Below, in pieces: positions 34,256-45,734 of a stretch of DNA of 64,000 nt. Numbering within the stretch: position 1 is the first letter of the stretch; the number at the start of each line of letters is the position of its first letter. Both the position numbers and the translations under genes were made by a program. A model generated the notes under the pieces. The model did not search any database, was not told where the DNA came from, and saw only the letters and a list, made by a program, of their open reading frames with translations. The stretch comes from Scyliorhinus canicula (Eukaryota), in NCBI RefSeq assembly GCF_902713615.1, contig NC_052162.1, forward strand, positions 112,495,811 through 112,559,810, in the 5' to 3' direction.

Positions 34256-36579
34256 CTAAAGAATAAGATTGGGAGTGCATGGTGGTGGAGGGTGGGAGAG
34301 AAAGCAATGATCAGAATTTATAGGGGCAGCAGGGTAGCATGGTGGTTAGCATAAATGCTTCACAGCTCCAGGGTCCCAGGTTCGATTCCCGGCTGGGTCA
34401 CTGTCTGTGTGGAGTCTGCACGTCCTCCCCCTGTGTGCGTGGGTTTCCTCCGGGTGCTCCGGTTTCCTCCCACAGTCCAAAGATGTGCGGGTTAGGTGGA
34501 TTGGCCATGCTAAATTGCCCGTAGTGTCCTAATAAAAGTAAGGTCAAGGGGGAGGGGGTTGTTGGGTTACAGGTGTAGGGTGGATACGTGGGTTTGAGTA
34601 GGGTGATCATGGCTCGGCACAACATTGAGGGCCGAAGGGCCTGTTCTGTGCTGTACTGTTCTATGTGCTGTACTGTTCTATTTGGCAAACCACATCCAGA
34701 AGGCGGTTGAAAAATTTAAACAACCCAAGTCTAATACTCTTTGGGGTTGGACTACTGGGTGGCAAGAGTCCTTGGGAGCCCAATGGTGCAAGGCTTGGTC
34801 ATGTCCTTTGTAGTTATTTTTGCTATATATCTTGTATTTCTGACAACCGAACGTATCTGTAAGAGGATGTCAAAAAGTCCTGAAACAGTATTACCTTTCC
34901 AGGACATGAGGAGTTCTTGCTATTAACTGTTTCTTACAAACTTTTTATTCCTTTACGAACTTTAAATGTTGTAACTCTTTTTAAAAAGTGCCCATTCTAG
35001 TGTTGAAGGTTGTTCCTAAACAAAGGGACCGTTAAAGACAATTGTAAATTTGTTTTCCTTTGCTTATATTTTGCTCTTTATTTTATTATTTTACCATTAC
35101 CAATTTTAATTTATCTATCCTATTAAGTTTAGAATAATCAATAGGAGGGAAATGGTAGATTCATTAATTGTTTGGGATCTTTAAGAAATTAACTGAGTAT
35201 ATGACTAGGAAAACAAATGATTTTTAAAGAAAATACCCAGTCTGCAAAAATATAGTCAATGTTCCAGATAAAGAGTGAACTGTTGAACTTTCAGGTCATG
35301 TCTCAAGATACGGACATTGTTTCAATGAATGTTCCATGTGAATTCTACCTAAAGAAACATAATATGAATAAACCATTGTATTGAAGAGACATTTATAAAA
35401 AAATGCAATAAATAAGTAACTATAGTAAGATTAATGGCTAGCCATGACGCAAAGACTCTCGTCGTGAGAAAGTGTATGGAGATATTAGACTATGCCATGG
35501 CAACATTAATTAATCTTGAGTGAATGATTAATGTTTAATTAACTAATCACTTTTTAAGAGATAGATGCCTTTTTGAACAAATCATGAAGCCTCAGCTGAG
35601 AATTAGAACCAATTCAAAATAAACAAAGGACTAAACTATAGATAAGGATTTCCTCAAGAGTAAGATTGTATGATCAATTGTTCTGATCTGAATTCTTGCT
35701 TTCTGGAATTCTTGAAGCATCTTTTAAATAACTTCTGTTTTAAAGAGATTTCTTTATATTTTTCTTATGTTTATGCTTTAACGCTTTTCGCTATGTCTTG
35801 ACAAGTTTATGTGTTATTTTGATCCAAGTTTTGATTCAGTTCTTAGGCAAGTATACTAAAATGAATATTTAGCAATAAATATGTCTTTTGGACGCCTCCA
35901 ATCGACCGGACTGTTGTCTCTTATTCGGAAGATAAATAAGAGATCCTACAATTGGTGAGCCAGTCAGAAGAGCAACAGAGAAAATACCAAATGCCTTACC
36001 AAAGAATCAGCAGTGAATTGGCATAAACGAGGTAGGAGGCCTACAGATCTGTGACCGTTTAGAATCGGGTGACTCCCTACGCTCTCCTTATGAACGCATC
36101 CGGAGTGAAATCGTCTCAAGTTTCAGATGGTATATATGCATTCTATGACGTTACAGGTATATAAATGTTACGATCTGAAAGGAATAATCTACGACTTGAA
36201 AGCCCGGGATTAGAAATACAGTTTCAAATTTGGAAATGGAGCCGAGATGTCGTCTGAAACCTCTAGTGGTGGTCAAGATCCACCAGAACATTTTGTAGAA
36301 GAAATATTTCAGCCTTACATCAGGAGGAGGGAAAATGCTACAATCTATTATAAAGGATGCGATAACATACAAATTAGGAGCAGGAGTAGGCCACTTGGCC
36401 CCTCGAGCCTGCTCCACCATTCAATAGGTTTACGGCTAATCTGATTGTAACCTCAACTCCACATTCCTGCCGAACCCCCGATAACCTTTCACCCCCTTGC
36501 TTATCAAGAATTGATCCAGCTCTGCCTTCACAATATTCAAAGACTCTGCTTCCACTGCCCTTTGAGAAAGAGAATTCCA

Positions 36580-38175
36580 ATGACACAAGGAACCATGGAT
36601 GACGAGGGAAATTGTAAGCTGATTCAAAAGGAAAAAGGAAGCATATAATAAGTCTAAGCATCTCAAAACTGACGAAGCGCTTGAGGAGTACAGTGAAAAT
36701 AGGAAGAAACTTAAACGTGGAATTAGGAGGACTAAAAGGGGCCTTGAACTGACTTTAGCAAACATGGTCAAGGAGAATCCCAAGGCTTTTTATGAATACA
36801 TTTGGAGCAAAAGGGTAGCAAGAGAAAGAGTAGGTCCACTCAGGGACAATGGAGGGAAGTTATGCGTGGATCCACAGGAAATGGGTGAAATCCTTAATGA
36901 ATACTTTGTTTCGTTAATCACCAGGGAGAAGAACATGACGGATGTTGAGGTCAAGGATAGGTGTGTGAAAGCTCTTGAGAGCGTCAATATATCAAAGGAT
37001 GATTTGTTGAGTATCCTAAATTGCATTAAGGTAGGCAAGTCCCCGGGGCCGGATGGGATCTATCCCAGGTTACTGTGGGAGGTGAGAGGAGAAATAGCTG
37101 GGCCCTTAACAGATATCTTCACTTCCTCTTTGACTACAGGCGAGGTTCCAGAGGACTGGGGAATAGCCAATGCTCTTCTCTTGTTTAAGAAAGGAAGCAA
37201 GGATAATCCAGAAAATTATAGGACAGTGAGCCTAACATCAGTGGTGGGGAAGCTTTTGGAAAAGATACTGAGGGACAGGATATATGCACATTTGAAGGAA
37301 AATGGACTAGTCAGTGACAGGCAGCATGGGTTTGTACGGGAAGGTCATGTCTCACCAACTTGATTGAGTTTTTTGAAGAGATAACAAAGAAAATTGATGA
37401 GGGAAGGGCTGTGGATGCAGTTTATATGGACTTTAGTAAAGTGTTTAACAAGGTTTCACATGGCATTCTGGTATAAAAACTTAAATCACATTGGATTCGA
37501 GGTGGGCTGGCTAGGTGGATACAGAACTGGCTTGGTTACAGAGGACAGAGAGTAGCGGTGGAAGAGTGTTTTTCACAATGGAGATCTGTAGCTAGTGGTG
37601 TTCCGCAGGGATCAGTGCTGGGACCTCTGTTGTTTGTTGAGGCACTCTCAATTACGACACGAAAGTTAGGTCAGTAATCAAAGGCTTTAATAAGCAGTGA
37701 ACAATGGCAGCCTCCATGAGAAGTGTGCTCGCAAAATGGAGTCTCATCTTAAGTACTGTTTCCCAGGGGGCGTAGCCAGAGGCGGAGTCCCCCAGGGTTC
37801 CAAGCCTCTTAAAGGGGCAATGTATTCCGATCATCACAAGCCTCTTAAAGGGGCAAGGTATTCCGATCATCACATTTGTCGTATCGATAAATGATCTGGA
37901 GGAAAATGTGGGTGGTCCGATTAGTACGTTTGTGGGTGACACGAAGATTGGTGGAGTTGCTGATAGTGCCGAGAATTGTCAGATGATGTAACAGGTAGAT
38001 TGTAGATTTGAGCACAGAAATGGCGGATGGAGTTTAATCCGGACAAATGCAAGGTGATGAATTTTGGAGGATCAATACCAGGTATGAATTATACTGTAAA
38101 TGGCAGAACCCTGAGAAACATTGACATTCAGAGGCGTGCAGGTCCAGTTACATAAAAGTGGCATCACAGGTGGCC
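36580..38175 (+). mobile_element. CR1 LINE ORF2 fragment
   Basis: ORF 36764..37363 'KSPGPDGIYPRLL...NYRTVSLTSVVGK...RQHGF', then SGVPQGSVLGP-like sequence at about 37600. Confidence 0.9.
37638..37874 (-). mobile_element. Small solo LTR of the Gypsy family related to 7063-7290
   Basis: TG...CA ends, perfect 5-bp TSD TTTGT (37633-37637 / 37875-37879); internal tandem duplication of about 36 bp at 37802-37874. Confidence 0.8.
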
Positions 38176-38179
38176 AAGC

Positions 38180-39550
38180 TTAGTGTGTGGGGGGGGGGGG
38201 GGGGGGGAGTAGAGCATAGGGTGTCCTTATATGCCGACGACTTGTTGTTACAAGTGTCAGAACCAAGTGTGTCAATAGGGGAAATACTGGAGCTGTTTCG
38301 GGTGTTTGGGTCTTTCTCAGGATACAAATTAAATCTAGACAAGAGTGAGTATTTTGTAGTGTCTCGGCCGGGGGTGGGGGCATGAGTGGGGGAGCTGCCA
38401 TTCCGTAGGGCAAGGACTCACTTTAGATACCTGGGGGTGCAGGTTGCCCAGGAGTGGGGGAGGCTCCGTAGGCACAACATTTCTAGTTTGATGGGGAGGG
38501 TGAAAGCTGATCTGGCAAGGTGGGATGGTCTCCCTCTGTCACTGGCAGGTCGGGTACAGGCGGTTAAAATGAGTGTGTTGCCGCAATTTCTGTTTATTTT
38601 TCAATGCCTGCCGATTTTCCTGCCAAAGGCATTTTTTTAGAGAGATTGAAGGAACGATTACCTCGTTCATATGGGGAGGGAAGGTGGCCAGAGTTAGAAA
38701 GGTGCTGCTACAGAGGGGAAGGCAGGCAGGGGGTTTGGGTCTCCCGAACCTGATGTATTACTACTGGGCAGCGAATGTGGAGAAGGTGCGGAGCTGGGTC
38801 AGAGGGGTTGATTCCCAGTGGGTCAGAATGGAGGAGAGATTGTGCAGGGGGTGGGGATTGAAAGCACTAGCAACAGCACCGCTCCCGATAGCCCCGGGGA
38901 AATATTCAGGGAGTCCGGTATTAATAGCGTAATTGAGAATTTGGAGGCAGTTTTGCCAATAATTCGGGTTGAGGGCAGGGTCAAGGGAAATGTCGATTCA
39001 GGGGAACCACAGATTTGAGCCAGAGAAGTAGGACAGAAATTTTCGGAAATGGGAGGCGAAGGGGATTAAGACACTAAAAGATTTGTTTCTTGGGGGTCGG
39101 TTTGCAGGATTGAAGGAGCTGGGAGCGAAGTATGGGCTGGAGCAGGGGGAAGTATTTAGATACATGCAGGTTCGAGACTTTGCCAGGAAGGAGATACGGA
39201 GCTTCCCAGTAGAGCCGGCCTCCACATTGCTGGAGGAGGTGCTGACAACAGGGGGACTGGAGAAGGGGGTAGTGTTGGCGGTTTACAGAGCTATTTTGGA
39301 AGAGGAGAAGGCACCACTGGAAGGGATCAAAGCAAAGTGGGAGGAAGAGTTGGGAGAGGGTATGGATGAGGGGTTTTGTTGTGAGGTGTTCCGGAGAGTG
39401 AACGCCTCCATCTCGTGTGTGAGGTTGGGGCTGATATAGCTGAAGGTTGTATGTGGAGCACACCTCACAAGGGCAAGGATGAGATGGCTCTTTGAAGGGG
39501 TAGAAGATTTGCGGGGGGGGGGGGGGGGCGGCGCACATCATGTTCATGTG
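38180..39550 (+). mobile_element. L1/Tx1 ORF2 (RT 3' half) fragment
   Basis: 'VSLYADDLLL', 'FSGYKLNLDKS', 'FRYLGVQV', 'GGLGLPNL'; near-identical family member at 63140-64000. Confidence 0.9.
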
Positions 39551-39623
39551 TTTCTAAGTCTTAGAGCCAAGGCAGTGCAGAAAACCTTCAGAACGGCAGT
39601 TTGAAATATCTTTGCTCGACTAC

Positions 39624-39967
39624 ATAGAACATAGAACAGTACAGCACAGAACAGCCCCTTCGGCCCTCGATGTTGTGCCGAGCAATGATCACCCCACTCA
39701 AACCCACGTGTCAATCCTATACCCGTAACCCAACAACCACCCCCTTAACCTTACTTTTTAGGACACTACGGGCAATTTAGCATGGCCAATCCACCTAACC
39801 CGCACATCTTTGGACTGTGGGAGGAAACCGGAGTACCCGGAGGAAACCCACGCACACACGGGGAGGACGTGCAGACTCCGCACAGACAGTGACCCAGCCG
39901 GGAATCGAACCTGGAACCCTGGAGCTGTGAAGCATTTATGCTAACCACCATGCTACCGTGCGGCCCC
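39624..39967 (-). mobile_element. HE1-like SINE
   Basis: Near-identical to 1526-1888. Confidence 0.85.
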
Positions 39968-40636
39968 GACTAGAGGAAGCCGTTTTCATAAACTTGAGTA
40001 TCACCCCTGTATTGTATGGTAACTATAGCTGGTTATTTAACTTGGATGTTGTTTGGGAACAGGGCAAGTCTATCAGAGTTCAGGTATTCAGGGTGGCACG
40101 GTGATACAATGGTTAGCACTGCTGCATCACAGCTCCAGGGACCAGGTTCAATTTCAGCCTCGGATGACTATTTGTGAGGAGTTTGCATTTTCTCCCCGAG
40201 TCTGCGTGGGTTTCCTCCGGATGCTCCGGTTTCCTACCACAGTCCAAAGGTGTGCTGGTTAGGTGGATTGGCCATGCTAAATTTCCATTTAGTGTCCAAA
40301 AGATTAGGTGGGGTTAATGGGTCATGGGGATTAGAGTGGAGACATTCATGCATTTTAATTGTGTGGAAGTAGAGTCGTCCTGTTTGTGTGTACGATGAAC
40401 TCTACCCGTGGGTAAGTGCAGTGTCGAATACACCTAAGTACAAATTTGCACCACACATCTCGGATGCAAAATGAAATCTTTATTGGGTGATCATTGATTA
40501 TAATTGTGAATTTGAAATCTTCTTGTGGTAACAAATCAAATGTTCTCAATAAAGCCCCTGTCAGCAGAAGACTTTAAGAGATATAATTAAACTTAGTACC
40601 ATACAAATGATCTGAACTTTCAAAAATACAGTAATG

Positions 40637-41371
40637 GGCCGCGATTCTCCCAAAGGGAGACAAACAGGCGATGCCGGAGTGAAACCCAGAGTGTTTCACT
40701 CCGGCGTCGGAGGCCGCTCCTCGCCCCCTATTCCCCCCCCCCCCCCCCCCCCCCCCCCAGGGCTAGGAGCGGCGGCGCGTGAATCTCGGGCGCCGGGCCT
40801 TGACGCTTGCGTCAAAGCGGCGCGCCAGGAATGACGCGGCCGGCGGCTCCTAAGTGACATCAGCCGCGCATGCACAGGTTGGCCGGCGCCAACCCGCACA
40901 TGCGTGGTTGCCGTCTTCCCCACCACTGCCCCGCAAGACATGGCGGCTTGATCTTGCGGGGCGGCGGAGGGAAAAGAGTGCGTCTTTTAGAGACGTCGGC
41001 CCGACGATCGGTGGGCATCGATCGCGGGCCAGAGATCTCGTGAGCACGCCCGTGGTGCTCGATCCTCCCTCCGCCCCCCACAGGCCCCAAACACAGAGGT
41101 CGCGCGCTGTTCACGCCGGCAGTGACCAGGTGTGGTTGGCGCCAGCGTGAATCGGTCGGGTTCGGCAGGCCGCTCAGCCCATCCGGGCCAGAGAATTGCC
41201 AGTCGTCGTGAGAAATGGCAAGCGGCGATTCTCCGAGCAGCCTGTCTAAAAACGCGACACGCCATTTTGGGGGGATGGGAGAATCACAGGGGGTGCCAGG
41301 GCGGCGTGTCGTGATTCGCCCAGCCCTCCCGCAATTTTCCACCCCGGCGTGGGGCGCGGAGAATCGCGTCC
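40637..41371. mobile_element. GC-rich non-autonomous TIR element (PIF/Harbinger-like)
   Basis: TIR GGCCGCGATTCTCC / GGAGAATCGCGTCC; 3-bp TSD ATG (40634-40636 / 41372-41374). Confidence 0.75.
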
Positions 41372-42409
41372 ATGGTTTCTTGCTCAAAGCCAAACAGCTT
41401 GCGCAGACTTAGAGTTAAAATAGAAATATGAAAATACGAAATAAAGATAGTAGATCGTCAAGCAAATAGTATCAGGTGATTCATGAATGAAAAATGGCTA
41501 ACTGGACCACTAACTTTAAAGAACCTGTTGTAAATCTGAGTCAACCTGTTTCTGCCCCTGTAACATGCTGATTGGTTTGGGTGAGTTTCCAATACATTTG
41601 ATTTGATGATTGGGTTGTCAGTCTTCAATGTGCAACATTATCTCGTTGAACTTTTTAAGTTAATATAAATGTTGCATGTGGAATTCTTAAATATGCATTG
41701 GAATGCAAACTCTGCTTTTATCATTGAACTGGTATGTGCTGAACTCTGCAATTCCTTTCATTTGAACAATGGAGGGTTCATATGAACTAGAATGTTGATT
41801 TGAGCCTCAGTAGAAATGTTGCATTTGCTTCTAGTTCGACTGCAAATGTTTCAAATTCTTTGCTTTTATTATTGCAAGCTATGTGCTTCTGCAAACTGGT
41901 TATGTTTGATCGTATTTGCAGTGCTATGATGGGATCCATTTTAAAATGATTTTTGAACTGGGCTTTAACATTTATAACAAAATGGCTAAACAATGATCCT
42001 TTTACCTATCAGAAATAGCAGGTTTCCTTCAGTGTATTTGTCTTTTCTTTAATAGTCTTTGCTTATTGTTACACGACGGCTGGACTATTTATTCTCGCAG
42101 GGACTTCATTTGTCACCTCACACCTGCCAGCATTTGTTGCCTATCCCTAATTGCCCTTGAACTGAGTGGCTGCAGTTAAGAGGCAACTACATTGCTGTGG
42201 ATCTGAAGTCCCAAGTAGGCCAGACCAGGTCAGCATGGCAGATTTCCTTCTCTAAAGGACATTAGTGAACCAGATGGGTTTTTACAATAATCGACAATGC
42301 TTTCATGGTCATCAATAGCTTTTAATTCCAGATTTTAAACAAATGCAAAATGTCACCATCTGCTGAACCTGGATCCCTATTGCATTACCCTGGGTCTCTG
42401 GATTACAGC

Positions 42410-42447
42410 AGCTTTGACAAAGAGTCATCGGACTCGAAACGTTGGCT
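42410..42447 (+). ncRNA. Minimal hammerhead ribozyme in a Penelope terminal-repeat fragment (42408-42510)
   Basis: AGCU-UUGACAA-A-GAGUC AUCG GACUC-GAA-ACGU-U-GGCU. Confidence 0.65.
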
Positions 42448-43080
42448 CTTTTCTCCCTCTACAGATGCTGCCAGACTTGTTGAGATTTCCCAGCATTTTC
42501 CCTTTCGTCTCTGGATTACTGGTCTGGCTATTGTTTCCCTGGATGTGTTTTGTGAGGGATGAAGTCACTATAGCCGATAAGTGAGCTGTTATCGAGTTGT
42601 TTCCTTTGCGTCCTGTACTTTCCCACTAACTTGCAGACAGAACAGCTGCAGCTGTACTGTGTATAAATGTGTGTTATTGTAACTACTCCTTGAGATGCTT
42701 CAGTTCCCTGAAGCATTCCCCTGAATGTTTGTAATAAAGATTCCCAAACTTTAACCAACTCTGGACTCCGAGTGACATTTGTCCCACAACAACCTGGTGT
42801 CAGGAACAGGATCCACTGACGGCTCTGATTAAAGGAAAGTCCCCGTGGACAGCAGACACTGGGGTGAGTATTGTTTGTTTTAGACCACTGGGGCCTCCTC
42901 GGTACCTCGGGGATCTGTTTCTGGTCTGTCTCTTTGACGTCCATTCGAAGTAATTTCAATAACTGGAATATTTCAGGCAGGGAATTGTCGGTTTTACACC
43001 AAGGATGTGTTTGGGGAGGGGGGGGGGGGGCGATGTTGAAGTCCCCGTGACTGAGAGGGTTTTTGTCGCTGCTGATATAT

Positions 43081-43370
43081 GGGTGGCACGGTAGCATAGT
43101 GGTTAGCACTGTTGCTTCACAGCGCCAGAGTCCCAGGTTTGGTTCCCGACTTGGGTCACTGCTTGTGTGAAATCTGCACGTTCTCCCCATGTCTGCGTGG
43201 GTTTCCTCCTACAAGTTCAGAAAGACGTGCTTGTTAGGTAAATTGGGCATTCTGAATTCTCCCTCTGTGTACCCAAACAGGCGCCGGAGTGTGGCGACTT
43301 GGGGCTTTTCACAGTAACTTCATTGCAGTGTTAATGTCAGCCTACTTGTGACAATAATAAAGATTATTAT
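43081..43370 (+). mobile_element. HE1-like SINE with TTTTCACAGTAAC tail
   Basis: Same organisation as 52235-52540. Confidence 0.75.
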
Positions 43371-43695
43371 TGATGGAACCATCAATTCAGCGAACACGTG
43401 TAGTTGGATCTGAACAGAGGCTTTAATACACTTACAATAGAGCCAGCCTATTCGTCGTTGAACTTCAGATGAAATGGCAGGCTGGCTCTAAGGCACTGAT
43501 TTTTATACAACGGTCCCAGGGGGAGGAGTCCTGGGCGGAGCCAAGGGAGGAGCCCAGTACAAACTCTCGCGTACTCTCAGAGCGACTCCCCCTGGTGATC
43601 AGATAGTGCAACTGCACTTACAATGGGTAGATAACGAACATATATACATGGCGTGATATTGGCAACTATATATAGTGTGAATCACATTCACCACA
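43371..43695 (-). mobile_element. Small solo LTR (Gypsy family related to 7063-7290)
   Basis: Termini are the reverse complement of TGTGGTGAA...TTGATGGTTCCATCA; TSD ATTAT/ACTAT. Confidence 0.75.
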
Positions 43696-45134
43696 ACTAT
43701 TATTAAATGAGTTAAAGCCATACGGGAGGCTAAACAGAAAGAGTTAGGCAGGGAGTGTGTTTGGCGTGTCAGAGGTCCCAGATAGGGTTGAGCCAGCATC
43801 ATCACATCAATGGATCTGAGCAGAAATGGTCCAACCAGATGGAACTTAAGGCAAAGGCGAGGTTAGTGTCTCAGGGATTTTAAGAAGTCTCAGGAGACAA
43901 AGAGGTCAGAGTGGACTCACCCACAGCGGGAAAGGTCATTCTGAAATTTCTTTGGCCCTTTTCATGTCATTTTCTTTTTTTTCAATTAAGGCGCAATTTA
44001 GCGTTGCCAATTCACCTCCCCGACACATCTTTTTGGGTTGTGGGGGTGAGACCCATGCAGATATGGGGAGAATGTGCCAACTCCACACAGAGTGACTAGG
44101 GGCCGGGATCAAACCTGGGTCCTTGGCACCGTGAGGCAGCAGTGCTAAACATTGGGCCACTGTGCAACCCCATTGAACGATGTTTCAGAGTGTATGGTAC
44201 TTCTCAGTTAGATCAGTTTTATTCAAGTCGGACTGTCTCCACCTGAAGGCAGAAGCTGCCGTGCTTTAATCATAGAATTTACAGTGCAGAAGGAGGCTAT
44301 TCGGCCCATCGAGTCTGCACCGGCTCTTGGAAAGAGCACCCTACCCAAGGTCAACACCTCCCCCTATCCCAATAACCCAGTAACCCCACCCAACACTAAG
44401 GGCAATTTTGGACACTAAGGGCAATTTATCATGGCCAATCCACCTAACCTGCACATCTTTGGACTGTGGGAGGAAACCGGAGCACCCGGAGGAAACCCAC
44501 GCACACACGGGGAGGATGTGCAGACTCCGCACAGACAGTGACCCAAGCCGGAATCGAACCTGGGACCCCGGAGCTGTGAAGCCATTGTGCTATCCACAAT
44601 GCTACCGTGCTGCCATGGCAGGAAACTCTGGGGCATCTTTATAATGCATGTTGACGACTGCCTATGTGGTGGTACGAGTGCGTTCCAAAACAATGTTATT
44701 GACAGGATCAGAACAATATTTAAGGTTTGGAGTCAGGCTTCTGGGACCTTTAAATAAATTGGATTGGAAATCGGGCAGTGTGGGTCTGATGTGACTTTAC
44801 ATCAACAATCTCACGGAGACAGTATGAACCCTGTCACAGTCAATGGGGCTGGAGCCTCACCGAAAGATGAAGATGTTTCCAAAGCTGGGACTGAGCAGCT
44901 GCAAAGTTGAATTGGCCAATTGGATTGGCTGGGCACACAGACAAGGCCGGACGCAAGTTCTGATGTCTTTGAGCTGAGTTCTGTAATGAAATGTCCAACG
45001 GTTGAGGATATTTAACGGGCGAACAAAACATTAAAAAAATACAAGATGCAGAATTGTGGGCTGAAATTTCCATCTTTGGGTGAGCTGAAGAATATAAATT
45101 GGATTTTTTTTAGTGATGCCTCACTCGGATGAGC

Positions 45135-45365
45135 CTGTCTCAGTGTCTGTACACTCGGTGATGTTTAAACATCTCTGTCAGCAGAAGAACAGACAAACAT
45201 TTCTCCTTCTAAATTCAAAGATCTATGATATTCAGCTCCCATGAATTGAGTGACTGTCAGATCTTGACCTGATGTTTGATATGAGATTTCTGTCTGTAAA
45301 TCCTCCCCTTCTAATATCCTGTAAAAGGAGTTTACAAAAGCCATCACTGTTAGTGCAGGATACCC
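45135..45365 (-). pseudogene. Truncated ZNF exon 2 start (third paralogue remnant)
   Basis: 'ILEGEDLQTEISYQTS...SLNLEGEMFVCS' homologous to 19198-19335 and to the reverse complement of 57480-57615, including the acceptor. Confidence 0.75.
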
Positions 45366-45734
45366 AAACGGAATGTAAAATTCGATCCTATTGGAAGATC
45401 TGGGTTTGGCTCCAACCTCATTTGTAATACTCAAATCAATGACACGTCAGAATGTGTTGTGAAGTGGGGCGGCACCGTGGCACAGTGGCTAGCACCGCTG
45501 CCTCATGGTGCCGGGGACCCAGGTCGATGCCAGCCTTGGGTCACTGTCCCGTGTGGAGTTTGCACATTCCCCCCATATTTGTGTGGGTCTCATCCCCACA
45601 ACCCAAAGATGTGCAGGGTCGGTGGATTGGCCATGCTAAATTGTTCCTTCATTGGAAGAAAAAATAATTGAGCACTTTAAATTTAAACTAAAAGAAAGAA
45701 TGAGTTGTGAAAGTTATTATTTATTTAATTCAAT

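Larger units (their letters stand above)
32019..34925 (+). pseudogene. ERV env (gamma-type TM), fragmented
   Basis: Signal-peptide-like 'VFIAILILGCLFNL'; RSKR furin site at about 33504; immunosuppressive domain plus CX6CC at 33678-33755; hydrophobic anchor 'LVMSFVVIFAIYLVFL' at about 34795. Confidence 0.8.
21592..36316 (+). mobile_element. Decayed endogenous retrovirus: LTR(21592-23337)-gag-pro-pol-env-LTR(35153-35950) plus a second PBS/leader
   Basis: Two homologous LTRs of about 800 bp (the first carries SINE insertions); PBS TGGCGAGCCAG (tRNA-Arg ACG-like) at 23340; PPT AGGAGGGAAA 35143-35152; gag CQYCRKEGHW; PR LFDTGAE; RT LPQGF and YVDD; RH FTDGSS; IN DSDKGTHF and VERMN; env TM LQNRMALDYILAEKGGTCALIGAVCC. 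Confidence 0.92.
42551..45130 (+). mobile_element. Decayed Ty1/Copia-type element (LTR about 42551-42791, PBS, RT/RH fragments)
   Basis: TG...ACA LTR with TATAAA and AATAAA; TGGTGTCAGGA (tRNA-Leu-like PBS) at 42795; 'AKARLVSQGF...VDSPTAGKVIL' at about 43850-43945; 'MHVDDCLCGG' at about 44645; 'IFFSDASL' at about 45105. Linking the LTR to the RT is inferred. Confidence 0.6.

Noticed and set aside
42528-43190. 220-aa minus-strand ORF
   Set aside because: Spans a SINE and an LTR in antisense; no domain.
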